From: Octopus vulgaris | Lineage: Eukaryota | NCBI GenBank assembly: GCA_951406725.2 | Contig: OX597831.1 | Span: 66,340,001 to 66,404,000, forward strand | Reading direction: 5' to 3' | DNA: 64,000 nt | In this document: one piece after another, positions 1-19,635 of the stretch | Layout of the letters: the number at the start of each line of letters is the position of its first letter | Numbering within the stretch: position 1 is the first letter of the stretch | Notes under the pieces: model-generated | What the model saw: the letters and a program-made list of their open reading frames with translations, nothing else | What the model was told of the DNA's origin: nothing | The model's database searches: none | Made by a program: the position numbers and the translations under genes

Positions 1-1572
<1,572 letters not shown>

Positions 1573-1770
1573 TATCTCTTATTATAAAAGGCAGATTTTA
1601 TCTGCCTCCCTTTGGGAGTCATACAAATCTACAATATAGGATTTCTTCAATTACAATTTACCTAGCAATTTTAAGAGTACAATGCATCGCGTCATGCCAG
1701 CTCCAGTTTTTAAAATTTAAACTCCAATTAAGCAAAATTTGCAGAAAACTTACATTCTGGTGTGTGTGTC
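1573..1770 (+). mobile_element. Possible Helitron-like non-autonomous element, 5' portion
   Basis: Starts A|TCTCTTATTATAAAAG, resembling Helitron 5' TC...TATAAAA termini; no 3' CTAG or hairpin found. Confidence 0.3.
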
Positions 1771-2079
1771 AAATGCTTTTCTTAGTCTGGTTTACAGCAC
1801 ACGCAAACGCACACACACACTGTGTAACGAATAAAATGAAACTAGATGTAATATTTGTTACTGTCCATGAACGCTGATAGATACATGAGTAAAATGTATG
1901 GGAAGCTAACAAATAAGAGTGAGTGAAAATGTTCTTGGAAGAGAGTAAATTTGAAGCTTGAGAACAATCAGATACATTTGCAACACATCTGTTGAAAATA
2001 TTATTATTCACACACATACATATACATATATACATACAGACAGACAGACAGATAGACACACACACACACACACACACAT

Positions 2080-2133
2080 GATCCAGCATGGCCACAACCT
2101 CAAGGCTGAAACATATAAAAGAATAACAGAATA
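2080..2133 (+). mobile_element. Isolated LINE/SINE 3' tail (CCAGCATGGCC-hairpin-GAAAC motif)
   Basis: ccagcatggccacaacctcaaggctgaaac...aaaagaataa matches the 3' UTR motif of the CR1-like families in this window. Confidence 0.6.
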
Positions 2134-2199
2134 TAAATGTGTGCATGTGTGTGAGAGAGAGTGTGTGTGTATATGTATGTATGTATGTATGTATATATA

Positions 2200-2770
2200 T
2201 ATAATAATGCGGTTTTTTCAACAGCTTGAACTAAAAGTCAGAGGGGAATGGGATAAACTACTTATATTAACTTGCTATAAAAGCAGGTAGTAATTTTATC
2301 TTGTCCTTATTCATAGTGCAAGTTTTGAAGAGTGCATTTCGATTTTAACAGCTATTTTTTTCAAAGCTATGTTGGAAGTAACAAAGGAGCATATTTGGCA
2401 TATTTTGCTTTATGAGTTCAATAAAGACAACAACGCAAATGCAGTATATGGGGATTGGACAATAAGCGTAAGGCAGTGTCAATGGTGGTTCCAGAAATTC
2501 CGAGCCATAAACTACAGCCTAGAAGACGAGCCTCATCCTGAAAGATCTGTAGAACTCGACAAGGACATCCTGAAAACCCTGGTGGAACAAAATCTCATCG
2601 TAACTGTTGAGGAACTAGCAGAGAAGCTTGGATTTGGTCATTCAACCATTCATTGAGACCTGTGTGCTATCGGAAAAGTCAGCAAATTGGGTCAATGGGT
2701 TCCTCACGAACTTTCCGAGTCTAATTGCATGCAGAGAGTGAATGTATGCTTTTCTTTGCTGTCACATCTC
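2200..2770 (+). mobile_element. Mariner transposon 5' fragment (degenerate transposase HTH region)
   Basis: ORF 2369-2656 (EHIWHILLYEFNK...WFQKFR...SLEDEPHPERSVELD...TVEELAEKLG) followed by KLGQWVPHEL, the mariner WVPHEL motif; internal stop codon. Confidence 0.85.
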
Positions 2771-2791
2771 ACCACTACTGCGCTATGTATA

Positions 2792-3652
<861 letters not shown>

Positions 3653-6652
3653 AATTGATTGATTGATTGATTGATTCTAGTTTCAGCTTATGAGCTGTGG
3701 CCATGCTGGGGCACCGCCATTTGGTGTTGCTACTTGGTTTCACTTCATGGAGGCTTTCTAGCAACTGCTATTTGGTGCATGAGAGAGTTCGATGCAGCTG
3801 CCCTCATCTGCCCCTCCTGCCGTGAAGTTGGTTCATCTGGGACACCTGACAGGAAGAGATCCAGCTTCATTTTAAAGACATCTGTATCCACCCCATGCAG
3901 GTCTCTCAGGTTCTTCGGGAGGATATTGAAGAGCTGTGGGCCTCGGAAGCCCAGGCTATCACAGAATCTTGTCCTACATCTTGATGGCAGGTTTGGAGTC
4001 CTAGGCACCACGCAGTGGCGCCCAGTTCTGGCATTTGCGTAACTCTCGATGCCAAAGTTCAGGACACTTCCCTCCAGGATCTTCCAGATGTATATTATGG
4101 CATATCTTTCCCGCCTACGCTCCAGGGAATATAATTTTAATCTCTTGAGTCTTTCCCAGTAGCTTACATTCTGCATAGAGGCTATCTTCTTTGTGTAGCT
4201 TCGTTGGATCGCCTCAAGTTCTGTGATCAACTTGACACTGGATGGTGACCATAGCTGAGAGCAATAGTCAAAGTGGCTTAGGACAAGTGTCTTCCAGAGG
4301 ACCATCATGGTTTCTTGTTCTCTTGTTCTAAAGGTTCTAAGAATCCAGCCAGCCAGCCGTCTACATTTCATTGTCAGTTTAGCAACATGTACATGAAAGG
4401 TCGCGTCATCACTCATGTGAATACCCAGGTCACGCACTGATTGTGCCTCTGGGATTGCAATCCCTCCGGGTCCAGTGTATTCATTGGGTATTGCATTCAG
4501 TTTTGCATGCTGATAGTATAAAGCTTGAAACTTTCCAGCATTGAACTGCATGCTATTCTTTTCAGCCCACTTATATATTTCGTCCAGCTCACATTGCAGG
4601 TGTTTAGTGTCCTCAGGGTTCTGTATTGCCTGTGAAACTTTTGTATCATCTGCATAACTTGTGATCGTGGCTCTCTGCGTGGCTGAGGGCATGTCTGAGA
4701 GGGCCATTATGAACAGTAGTGGTCCCAGAACAGTGCCCTGCGGAACACCGCTCACTATTTGTGTGTTAATGGAGGTGGCCCCATTGGCTACTACCACCTG
4801 ACTTCTATCCTTCAGAAAGTCATGAAGCCATTCTCCCAGTTTTCCAACTATGTTGAGATCACGCAGTTTGTGACATATCATTCCATGATCGACTTTATCA
4901 AAGGCCTTTGCAAAGTCGAGATATATCACTTCCACATTTGAGTGGTTGAGCAGCCGTTTCAGCACCCAGTCATAGTGTTGTAGGAGCTGAGTTAAACAGC
5001 TTCTCCCTGGTCGGAAACCATGTTGGGTGTCGGGCAGCAAGTCATTCTCTTCAAGGAAGGTGATCAGCTTCCTTCTGACTATTCGTTCCATGACCTTGCT
5101 GATGTGTGAGGTCAGAGAGATAGGTCTATAGTTCTTGGCTTCCGCTCTGCTACCTCCTTTATGAATGGGGCATATTTTACCTTCCTTCAGTTTTCCTGGA
5201 AGTTTGCCAGCTGCAAGGAAGCTCTGAAAGAGGAACTGCAGTGGTCTTGCTAGGACTCTCTTACATGCTTTTAGGAGGATTGCCAGGAATCCATCGGGGC
5301 CAGTAGCTGAGTCTGTTTTCATTTCATCTATAGCCTTGGTTACATCGTCTTCCTTTATATCGATGTAATCTATCGTCGCCGCCTCTGATTTTATATCTGC
5401 AGTGGTAAAAAAGTCAGTTGGATTGGTGATTTGGAGATGCCCAAGGGGTGGAGTGAAAACACTCTTGAATTGCTCATTCAGTATTTCACTTACCCTCATT
5501 GGTTTTCCTGTAAGTGTGCCATCCTTTTCGAGGAGTGGCCCTATTCTACAGTGCACTGTAGCTGTTTCTTTGGCATACCTGTAGAAAGCTCTGGGGTTAG
5601 ATTTTATGTTTTCTATAGCCCAGGCTTCTTTGTCTGCTCTTTCTTTTTCATGGGAGCGTTGCAGACATTTTTCGATTTCCAACAGTTTTATTTTCAGGCG
5701 GGACTTTTCACTGCTTTCAATCTGTTTGTTTAGGCGATTTGAAAATTTCGTACGCCGTCTCATTAAAATTTTCCTCTCTCTGGGGATTTTGTTCTTGTGT
5801 ACAGTGGCCTTTCTCTCTGGGACACATTTGTAGCATATGGCTTGCATTACAGACATGAATTGTTGAAGTTTCATGTCGATGTCTGGCGAGGAGAGACATT
5901 TAGGCCAGTTTTGTTTGAGGATCTCTTTCTCAATTTGTTTCCAGTTTGCCTTATGGTAGTTCAAGCTGGAAAGATTTTGAGGGTTTCTTGTAGGCTGCAT
6001 GTCCGTGCTCTCTTTTGGCCCGTACATGGTCAGCTCTATCATGTTGTGATCCGAGAGTAGTGTCGGTGTCACTTTCACATTATGGATGAGATCCATGTCA
6101 TTTGTGAAGCAGAGATCCAGTGTGTTACCTGCCCTGGTTGGTTGGAGTATTACCTGCTCCATGTATAGGGTGTTGATGAGGTTCAGGAGGGACCTCGCCT
6201 GTCCTCGTTCACATCTTGTCATTCCTGGGAGAGAAAGGCCCTCAGGCCATCTGACATTGGGCAGATTGAAGTCTCCCATAAGAAGCACACCTATGTGTTG
6301 TTCTAATGTGGTTAGAATTTCTTCTATTTTTATAAGGCAGTCTTCAAACTTGCCCACATGGCTTGGGGCATCTGGAGGGCGATATGTAGCACACACAACT
6401 ACATCAAGTTGCCTAATATGTACAATTAGTGTGTCACACACCGAGTTTGAGTATGACAAGAGGACCTGGGGTGTGAGGTCCTCACGGATGTACATAGCAA
6501 CACCTCCATGACTCCTTTCTTCCCTGTCGGTCCGTAGTACAGCATACTGTGGTATGTGTAACTCCGCATCTGCTATGTCCGGTTTCAGGTGCGTTTCTGT
6601 AAGTGCTATGCATAAGGCTTGATTGCATGCAAAAAAGTCTCTCAAAGTCTCT
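3653..6652 (-). mobile_element. CR1-like non-LTR retrotransposon, family A, copy A1 (5'-truncated), (AATC)n tail
   Basis: APE endonuclease plus RT ORF, a ~90-nt 3' UTR ending in (AATC)5, and (TA)n on both sides. Confidence 0.93.
3745..6644 (-). CDS. LINE ORF2 (APE endonuclease + reverse transcriptase), open but lacking the N-terminus
   Basis: Motifs LTETHL, GDFNLP, TLDL, SDH; [55 protein letters not shown]. The Tyr/Ile extension in the track is microsatellite. Confidence 0.93.
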
Positions 6653-9414
<2,762 letters not shown>

Positions 9415-12400
9415 ATCATCATCATCATCATCATCATCGTTTAACGTCCGCTTTCCGCGCTAGCACGGGTTGGACGGTTTGACCGGGTCTGGGAAGCCAG
9501 GGGCCGCTCCAGGCTCCAGTCTGAATCTGGCAGAGTTTCTACGGCTGGATGCCCTTCCTAACGCCAACCACTCCGTGAGTGGATTGGGTGCTTTTTACGT
9601 GCCACCTGCACAGGGGCCGGAGGGTCCGGCATCGTCACGATCGGTTCGAGCATTTTAACGTGTCAGCGGCACGGGGGCAACGAGGTCCGGGGTACTTTGG
9701 GGATCGGGGTACTTTGGGGATCCAGGGTACTTTGGGGATCCGGGGTACTTAGAATGGGTAGGGGGTAAGTGGAATTGCTGCAGAAAGCAGCCCGGGTCTT
9801 TGTAGTCACAGCATATCTCCAGAGATCTCGGTCCTTCGCCATTGCCTCAGTGAGGCCCAATGCTCTGAGGTCATGCTTGACCACCTCATCCCATGTCTTC
9901 CTGGGTCTACCTCTCCCCCTGATACCTTCAACTGTTTGGGAGTGGCACTTCTTCACACATCTCTCTTCATCCATCCGCAGCACATGACCATACCATCGCA
10001 AGCGTCGCTCTTGCACACCACATCTGATGCTTCTTATATCCAGCATTTCTCTCAGGATACTTACACTCTGTTTTGCGTGCACACTGACACTACACATCCA
10101 GCGGATCATGCTAGCTTCATTTCTTTCAAGTCTACGCATGTCTTCTGCAGTCACAGCCCATGTTTCATTACCGTGAAGCATGGCAGTTCGCACACATGCA
10201 TCATAAAATCTACCTTTTGCTCTGAGGGAGAGGCCTTTTGTTGCCAGTAGGGGTAGGAGCTTTCTGAACTTTGCCCAGGCTATTCGTATTCTAGTGGTGA
10301 TACTCTCTGTGCATCCACCTCCGCTACTAACTTGGTCACCCAGGTAGCGGAAACTATCAACTACTTCTAGTTTCTCTCCCTGGAGTGTGATGGAATCTGT
10401 TTTCTGAGTGTCTGTTGTGTCTATTGTCCCTGTGCATCTGCCGCACATGAAAGCTATCTTATCTGTTAATTTCCCTTTAATGTTGCTGCACCTCTTATGT
10501 GTCCATAACTTACATTGGGTGCATCTTATGGAGTTTCTACCTGTACCTTTCCTACAGGTTGAGCAGGGCCACCTACCCGAGGGGATGTGTGTTGAGTACT
10601 TCTTGCTGCTTACTAATACTTTGGTCTTTGCTACATTTATTCTAAGGCCCTTTGATTCCAACCCTTGCTTCCACACCCGAAATTTCTCTTCTAGTTCCGG
10701 TAGTGATTCTGCTATGAGAGCTAGGTCATCGGCATAGAGGAGCTCCCAGGGGCATCCCGTTTTGAATTCCTCTGTTATTGCCTGAAGGACTATGATGAAT
10801 AAAAGGGGACTGAGGGCTGAGCCCTGGTGCACACCTACTTCTACTCGGAATTCTTCACTATATTCGTTGCCAATCCTAACCTTGCTAACAGCCTCTCTGT
10901 ATAGAGCCTGTACAGCCCTTATTAGCCATTCTTCAATCTCCAGTTTCCGCATCGACCACCAGATAAGGGAACGGGGAACCCTGTCAAAGGCTTTCTCCAA
11001 GTCTACAAAAGCTATGTAGAGGGGTTTATCTTTAGCTAGGTACTTCTCCTGCAGTTGTCGGACCAGGAATATAGCATCAGTGGTGCTTCTACCTGGTACA
11101 AAACCGAACTGCATTTCATCTAAACAAATTCTCTCCCTAATGAGATTGGTTATGACCTTCTCTGAGACCTTCATCACCTGGTCCAACAGTTTGATACCTC
11201 TGTAGTTATTTCTATCTAGAGCATCACCCTTACCCTTGTAGCAGTTGACTATGGTACTGCTGCACCAGTCATTGGGTATGGCTCCATTGTGAACTACCTG
11301 GTTTACAATGCGGGTGACTATGGCATGGCCCACATAGCCAGCTGTTTTAAGCATCTCAGCAGTGATTCCTGATAGGCCAGGGGCTTTGCCTGGTTTCATA
11401 TCCTTAATTGCCTTATCTACAAGGGAGCTGTCTATTCGGGTAGCTGGTCCCTCTACTGGGTCAACATTTGGCAGGCTCTCCTCCTCCCATTCATTCTCCT
11501 CATTCAGCAGTCTTTCATAATGGCTTCTCCAAGCCTCTTTCTTTTCACTAGTAGTAAAAGCAAGTGCCCCATCATCCATGCGGACACATTTCTCTCCTAT
11601 AACATCGCTATTTTCTCTGACACACTGTCTGGCAATCCGAAATACTTCAGCTCTTTGATCCTCGCGACGCTGGACATTGGCAAACTTCTTCTTTTCTGCT
11701 ACATCTTTGGCAATGTATACCTGCCGCCCAGCCTCCCTTTTGGCTATCTGGTACAGTTCCCTGCTGCCCCCATCCTTCCAGGCTTTCCAGGCCCGTCTCT
11801 TTTCACAGATGGCTTTATCTACTGCACTATTCCACCACCACGTAATTCTAGGTCTGGAAGGGACTTTGCACCATCCACAAACTTGGTCTGTGGCACTCAA
11901 CAAGCTGTCCCGTAGGAATTCCCAGCTACCTTCTATGTCTGACGTCTGAAGCTCCTCTTCCCTCTCATCAAATTTCTTGATGAGTATGTCCCTAAATTTC
12001 TGACCATGCGAAGGGTTCTTTAGCCTCCAAATCCTTCTTTTCTGGATTGGTTTGTTTCTTGGAGTCCTTCTGGCCTCAAGCTTAAAGTCACTGATGATTA
12101 GTCTATGCTGAGGGATACATTCTTCACCCGGGAGGGTCTTTGTATTCAAGAGCAACCCTGCATCCCGTTGTCTGGTGAGGATGAAGTCTATTTGGCTAGC
12201 GGAGTCTCCTGACTGATAAGTTATAAGGTGGCAGACTGGCTTCTTGAAGTTAGTGTTGCAGATTGAAAGGTTACATGCATCACAGAATTCCAGTAGTCTA
12301 GTTCCCTCATCATTTCTGGTGCCAATACCATATCCATGTACCCCAGTGAAGATACCCGATTCCCGCCCAACATGCCCGTTAAAATCTCCACCTACAAAGA

Positions 12401-12420
12401 TGAGGTCCTTGTTACTACGT
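9415..12420 (-). mobile_element. RTE-clade LINE, 5'-truncated, (GAT)n tail inserted against (TA)n
   Basis: ORF 9663-12437; the 3' UTR (ttggcgttaggaagggcatccagccgtagaaac...ggacgttaaacgatgatgat) is shared with several short copies in the window. Confidence 0.92.
9663..12420 (-). CDS. RTE ORF2: partial APE, RT, inserted PHD-type zinc finger, thumb
   Basis: GDFNGHVG, QIDFIL, NYRGIKLL, QFGFVPGRSTTDAIF, FVDLEKAFDRVP, GVHQGSALSP, YADD, then CSTC..CTQC..HKRC..CGRC, FRYLG, RRLRWYGHV, RGRPRKTW. Confidence 0.92.
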
Positions 12421-12432
12421 CTACAGTCAGCC

Positions 12433-12902
<470 letters not shown>

Positions 12903-12911
12903 GCATATATG

Positions 12912-13005
<94 letters not shown>

Positions 13006-13007
<2 letters not shown>

Positions 13008-14943
13008 CTCTTTTACTCTTTACTTGTTTCAGCCATCCGGCTGAGGCCATGCTGGGGCACCGCCCTTGTTGCTACCCTCTCTAAGTCCAGTTTGCCGTGG
13101 CTGGCCACTGATCTAAGAGAGAGTTTGTAGCTGCTGCCCTTAGGTTACCTTCGTACCTTGCAGTGGGTTCATCTGGGATCCCGGAAAGCAGCTTGTCTAG
13201 ATGTTTTTTGAAAATGTCCACATCCGCATCATGTAGATCTCTTAGTTTTCTTGGCAGTTTGTTGAAAAGCTGAGGGCCCCTGAACCCCAGGCTATTACAG
13301 TATCTGCTCCTTACCCTGGATGTGGAAGACGGGACCTTTGGCACCACACAGTGACGTCCTGTACGGGGATTGGAACAGCTCTCAATTCCAAAATTTGGTG
13401 CTAGTCCCTCCAGGATTTTCCATATGTATATCACTGCATATCTCTCTCGTCTTCGTTCCAAGGAGTACAAATTGAGTTCCCTAAGCCTCTCCCAATAGTT
13501 CTTTTCTTTCATGGTGGAAATCCTCTTGGTGAAATGTCTTTGGATTGTCTCAAGCTCTGTGGTTAGTTTGACACTATGCGGTGACCACAGTTGGGAGCAG
13601 TAGTCCAGGCGGCTTAGGACAAATGTCCTCCATAGTGTCAACATGGTCTCGCAGTCTCTTGTCCGGAATGTCCTCAGGATCCAGCCAGTGGTCGTCTGCA
13701 CATTGTCGCCACCTTCGCGATGTGTGAAGAAAAAGATGCATCGTCACTCATGTCTATCCCCAGGTCCCGTATTGATTTCGATACTGGGATTTCGATCCCT
13801 CCTGGACCAGTATAGTTGTGTTGTAATGTATATGTGTTTACAGCTTGATATTGTAAGGCTTGAAATTTACCAGCATTAAATTGCATGTTGTTGTCTTCAG
13901 CCCATTTGTATATGGCATCCAGATCTTGTTGTAAAAGGTCAGCATCAGCTGGGTTTTTGATTGCCTGTGCTACCTTTGTGTCATCAGCATAGCTAGTGAG
14001 GGATGTTGTTTGTGCTACCAAGGGCATGTCAGAGAGCGCCACCAAAAACAGCAAGGGTCCCAAGACTGTGCCCTGTGGCACCCCGCTTGCTATTGGTGTC
14101 TTTCCCGAGAGGGCTCCATTGGCTGCAACCATCTGGCTTCTGTCCTTCAGGAAGTCATGTATACACTCACCTACTTTTCCTGTTATGCCGAGTCTGAGTA
14201 ATTTGTGACATATCACTCCGTGGTCGACTTTGTCAAAGGCCTTCGCAAAGTCGAGATATACCACATCCACCTGTGAGCAATCCAGTAGTTGTTTCAGTAC
14301 CCAGTCGTAGTGTTGTAACAGCTGCGTAAGGCAGCTTCTTCCTGGGCGAAAGCCATGCTGTGTGTCAGTGAGACGGTTAGTTTCTTCGAGGAACGTGATC
14401 AGTTTTTTTCTGATGATTCGTTCCATGACCTTACTTATGTGTGACGTCAGGGAGACTGGCCTGTAGTTTTTGGCCTCTGCTCTACTCCCTCCTTTGTGGA
14501 TAGGGCATATGGTGCCTTCTTTTAGTGCCCTGGGCAGTTTACCGTTAGCCAAGGAACCACTGAAGAGCTTCTTCAGTGGTCCCGCTAGGGCATGCCTGCA
14601 TGTTTTTAGGAGGACTGCTGGGAATCCATCTGGTCCAGCAGCTGAGTTTATTCTCATTTCTTCTATGGCAGATATTACATCCCTCTCTGTTATGTCTATG
14701 TGGTCGATGGTTGTTGTTTGGCTTTGGAGTGTTGTGGCATCAAAGAAAACTTCTGGGTTTGTGATTTGCATGTGCCCCAGAGGGGATGTGAACACACTTT
14801 TATACTGTTCCTTTAGCATTTCACTTATCCCTTGGGGGTCCTCATTTAGAGAGCCCTTTTTATCAAAGAGTGGGCCAATCTTGCAGTGTACCGAGGTGGT
14901 TTCTTTCACAAATTTAAAGAAGGCTTTAGGGTTTGTTTTAATA
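13006..14943 (-). mobile_element. CR1-like LINE family B, copy B1 (5'-truncated, one frameshift near 13690), (GTAAAAGA)n tail
   Basis: ORFs 13674-14909 and 13081-13701 together form the RT and C-terminus; nearly identical to the reverse complement of 22351-24291. Confidence 0.93.
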
Positions 14944-14960
14944 TATGTATATAGGTATAT

Positions 14961-14991
<31 letters not shown>

Positions 14992-14994
14992 GTA

Positions 14995-15195
<201 letters not shown>

Positions 15196-15196
15196 A

Positions 15197-15665
<469 letters not shown>

Positions 15666-15713
15666 ATATATATATATATATATTATATATATATATATAT
15701 ATTATATATAATA

Positions 15714-15744
<31 letters not shown>

Positions 15745-15752
15745 TACTTATA

Positions 15753-15952
<200 letters not shown>

Positions 15953-16048
15953 ATATGATTGATTGATTGATTGATTGATTCCAGTTCCAGCCTATGAGCT
16001 GTGGCCATGCTGGGGCACCGCCATTTGGTGTTGCTACTTGGTTTTACT

Positions 16049-19000
16049 TCATGGGGGCTTTCTAGCAACTGCTATTTGGTGCATGAGAGAGTTCGATGCA
16101 GCTGCCCTCATCTGCCCCTCCTGCCGTGAAGTTGGTTCATCTGGGACACCTGACAGGAAGAGATCCAGCTTCATTTTAAAGACATCTGTATCCACCCCAT
16201 GCAGGTCTCTCAGGTTCTTCGGGAGGATATTGAAGAGCTGTGGGCCTCGGAAGCCCAGGCTATCACAGAATCTTGTCCTACATCTTGATGGCAGGTTTGG
16301 AGTCCTAGGCACCACGCAGTGGCGCCCAGTTCTGGCATTTGTGTAACTCTCGATGCCAAAGTTCAGGACACTTCCCTCCAGGATCTTCCAGATGTATATT
16401 ATGGCATATCTTTCCCGCCTACGCTCCAGGGAGTATAATTTTAATCTCTTGAGTCTTTCCCAGTAGCTTACATTCTGCATAGAGGCTATCTTCTTTGTGT
16501 AGCTTCGTTGGATCGCCTCAAGTTCTGTGATCAACTTGACACTGGATGGTGACCATAGCTGAGAGCAATAGTCAAAGTGGCTTAGGACAAGTGTCTTCCA
16601 GAGGACCATCATGGTTTCTTGTTCTCTTGTTCTAAAGGTTCTAAGAATCCAGCCAGCCAGCCGTCTACATTTCACTGTCAGTTTAGCAACATGTACATGA
16701 AAGGTCGCGTCATCACTCATGTGAATACCCAGGTCACGCACTGATTGTGCCTCTGGGATTGCAATCCCTCCGGGTCCAGTGTATTCATTGGGTATTGCAT
16801 TCAGTTTTGCATGCTGATAGTATAAAGCTTGAAACTTTCCAGCATTGAACTGCATGCTATTCTTTTCAGCCCACTTGTATATTTCGTCCAGCTCACATTG
16901 CAGGTTTTTAGTGTCCTCAGGGTTCTGTATTGCCTGTGAAACTTTTGTATCATCTGCATAACTTGTGATCGTGGATCTCTGCGTGGCTGAGGGCATGTCT
17001 GAGAGGGCCATTATGAACAGTAGTGGTCCCAAAACAGTGCCCTGTGGAACACCACTCATTATTTGCGTGTTAATGGAAGTGGCCCCATTGGCTACTACCA
17101 CCTGACTTCTATTCTTCAGAAAGTCGTGAAGCCATTCTCCTAGTTTTCCAACTATGCCAAGATCACGCAGCCTGTGACATATCATTCCGTGATCGACTTT
17201 ATCGAAGGCCTTTGCGAAGTCGAGATATATGACTTCCACATTTGAGTGGTTGAGCAGTTGTTTCAGCACCCAGTCATAGTGCTGCAGGAGCTGAGTTAAG
17301 CAGCTTCTTCCTGGTCGGAAACCATGTTGGGTGTCAGGCAGCAAGTCATTTTCTTCAAGGAAGGTGATTAGTTTCCTTCTGACTATTCGTTCCATGACCT
17401 TGCTGATGTGTGAGGTCAGAGAGATAGGTCTGTAGTTCTTTGCCTCCGCTCTGCTACCTCCTTTATGAATAGGGCATATTTTACCTTCCTTCAGTCCCCT
17501 TGGAAGTTTGCCAGCTGCAAGGAAGCTCTGAAAGAGGGACTGCAGTGGTCTTGCTAAGACTCTCTTACATACTTTTAGGAGGATTGCCGGGAATCCATCG
17601 GGGCCAGTAGCTGAGTCTATTTTCATTTCATCTATAGCCTTTATTACATCGTCTTCCTTTATCTCGATGTAACTTATCGTCGCCGCCTCTGATTCTATAT
17701 CTGCAGTGGTAAAGAAGTCAGTTGGATTGCTGATTTGGAAATGCCCAAGGGGTGGAGTGAAAACACTCTTGAATTGTTCATTCAGTATTTCACTTACCCT
17801 CATTGGTTTTCCTGTGAGTGTGCCATCCTTTTCAAGGAGTGGCCCTATCCTACAGTGCACTGTAGCCGTTTCTTTGGCATACCTGTAGAAAGCTCTGGGG
17901 TTAGTTTTTATGTTGTCTATAGCCCAGGCTTCTTTGTCTGCTCTTTCCTTCTCATGGGAAAGTTGCAGACAATTTTCAATTTCCAACAGTTTTATTTTCA
18001 GGCGGGACTTTTCACTACTTTCAATTTGTTTGTTTAGGCGATTTGAAATTTTTGTACGCCGTCTCATTAAAATTTTCCTCTCTCTGGGGATTTTGTTCTT
18101 GTGTACAGTGGCCTTTCTCTCTGGGACACATTTGTAGCATATGGCTTGCATTACAGACATGAATTGTTGAAGTATCATGTCGATGTCCGGCGAGGAGAGA
18201 CATTCAGGCCAGTTTTGTTTGAGGATCTCTTTCTCAATTTGTTTCCAGTTTGCCTTATTGAAGTTCAAGCTGGAAAGATTCTGAGGGTTTCTTGTAGGCT
18301 GCATGTCCGTGCTCTCTTTTGGCCCGTACATGGTCAGCTCTACCATGTTGTGATCCGAGAGTAGTGTCGGTGTCACTTTCACATTATGGATGAGATCCAT
18401 ATTATTTGTGAAGCAGAGATCCAGTGTGTTACCTGCTCTGGTTGGTTGCAGTATTACTTGCTCCATGTACAGGGTGTTGGTGAGGTTCAGGAGGGACCTC
18501 GCCTGTCCACGTTCACATCTTGTCATTCCTGGGAGAGAAAGGCCCTCGGGCCATCTGACATTCGGTAGATTGAAGTCTCCCATGAGAAGTACACTTATGT
18601 GTTGTTCTAATGTGGTTAGAACTTCTTCTATTTTTAAAAGGCAGTCCTCGAACTTGCCCATATGACTTGGGGCATCTGGAGGGCGATATGTAGCACACAC
18701 AACTACATCAAGTTGCCTTATGTGTACAATTAGTGTGTCACACACCGAGTTTGAGTATGACAAAAGGACCTGGGGTGTGAGGTCCCCACGGATGTACATA
18801 GCAACTCCTCCATGACTCCTTTCTTTCCTGTCGGTCCGTAGTACAACATACTGTGGTATGTGTAATTCCGCATCTGCTATGTCCGGTTTCAGATGCGTTT
18901 CTGTGAGTGCTATGCATAAGGCTTGATTGCATGCGACAAAGTCTCTCAGGAACGGGACTTTTGTCCTGTTACTGTGTGTTAGTAAACCTCTGATGTTCAG

Positions 19001-19067
19001 TAGGAGCATCGAGGTGAGGTGTATGCTGTTGCCGGCGTTGTCCACCCTGGGTCCATCTGCTGTGGCG
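16049..19067 (-). CDS. LINE ORF2, apparently intact APE + RT
   Basis: Open frame from [10 protein letters not shown] (APE start motif) through YADD to VARKPP*; the part of the track ORF that crosses the N gap is unreliable. Confidence 0.92.
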
Positions 19068-19167
19068 NNNNNNNNNNNNNNNNNNNNNNNNNNNNNNNNN
19101 NNNNNNNNNNNNNNNNNNNNNNNNNNNNNNNNNNNNNNNNNNNNNNNNNNNNNNNNNNNNNNNNNNN
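19068..19167. other. Assembly gap (100 N)
   Basis: Direct reading. Confidence 1.
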
Positions 19168-19524
19168 GTGGGTTTGATGCAATTTCCATAGGGCCTGGGA
19201 TGAGCGAACCTGCATCCTTCCCCTGTTTCTCCATGCCAGCAGGTTCCATTCCGGAAGAATTTGCATGTTATCTGGGTTTTCTTGTCCCCAGTTCCTCTCT
19301 GTTTTTTCTTCCTCCGTTGGACGGTTGTCCACTGGTTCCTTTCTGCATAGGTATTTTCATCCGGGTGGTTATTTTCTGTTTCCCCATCGCCGCCTATCTG
19401 TTGTTTGCCCTGCTTGCCTTCTTCGACTGTGGCAGTGGGCGTGTCATTTTTTGACACTCTGTGGTTGGTGTTTCCTGTTTCCATCTCTCTCTCTTTGTCT
19501 TTGTCCACCTTGAGGACTTGGCTT
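19168..19524 (-). CDS. LINE ORF1 fragment with a CCCH-like zinc finger
   Basis: WTTVQRRKKK...CKFFRNGTCWHGETGEGCRFAHPRP in ORF 18969-19694. Confidence 0.7.
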
Positions 19525-19556
19525 ATATATATAAATATACATATATATATACATAC

Positions 19557-19594
<38 letters not shown>

Positions 19595-19599
19595 ATACA

Positions 19600-19634
<35 letters not shown>

Positions 19635-19635
<1 letters not shown>

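Larger units (their letters stand above)
15956..19524 (-). mobile_element. CR1-like LINE family A, copy A2 (complete ORF2 plus part of ORF1; spans the N gap)
   Basis: Same (AATC)n tail and ORF2 as A1 with scattered substitutions; an upstream CCCH-type motif lies beyond the gap. Confidence 0.92.

Noticed and set aside
16049-19249. A single 1066-aa ORF starting MEPAGMEKQ
   Set aside because: The frame is carried across an arbitrary 100-N gap; the meaningful upstream frame is the CCCH-containing one.
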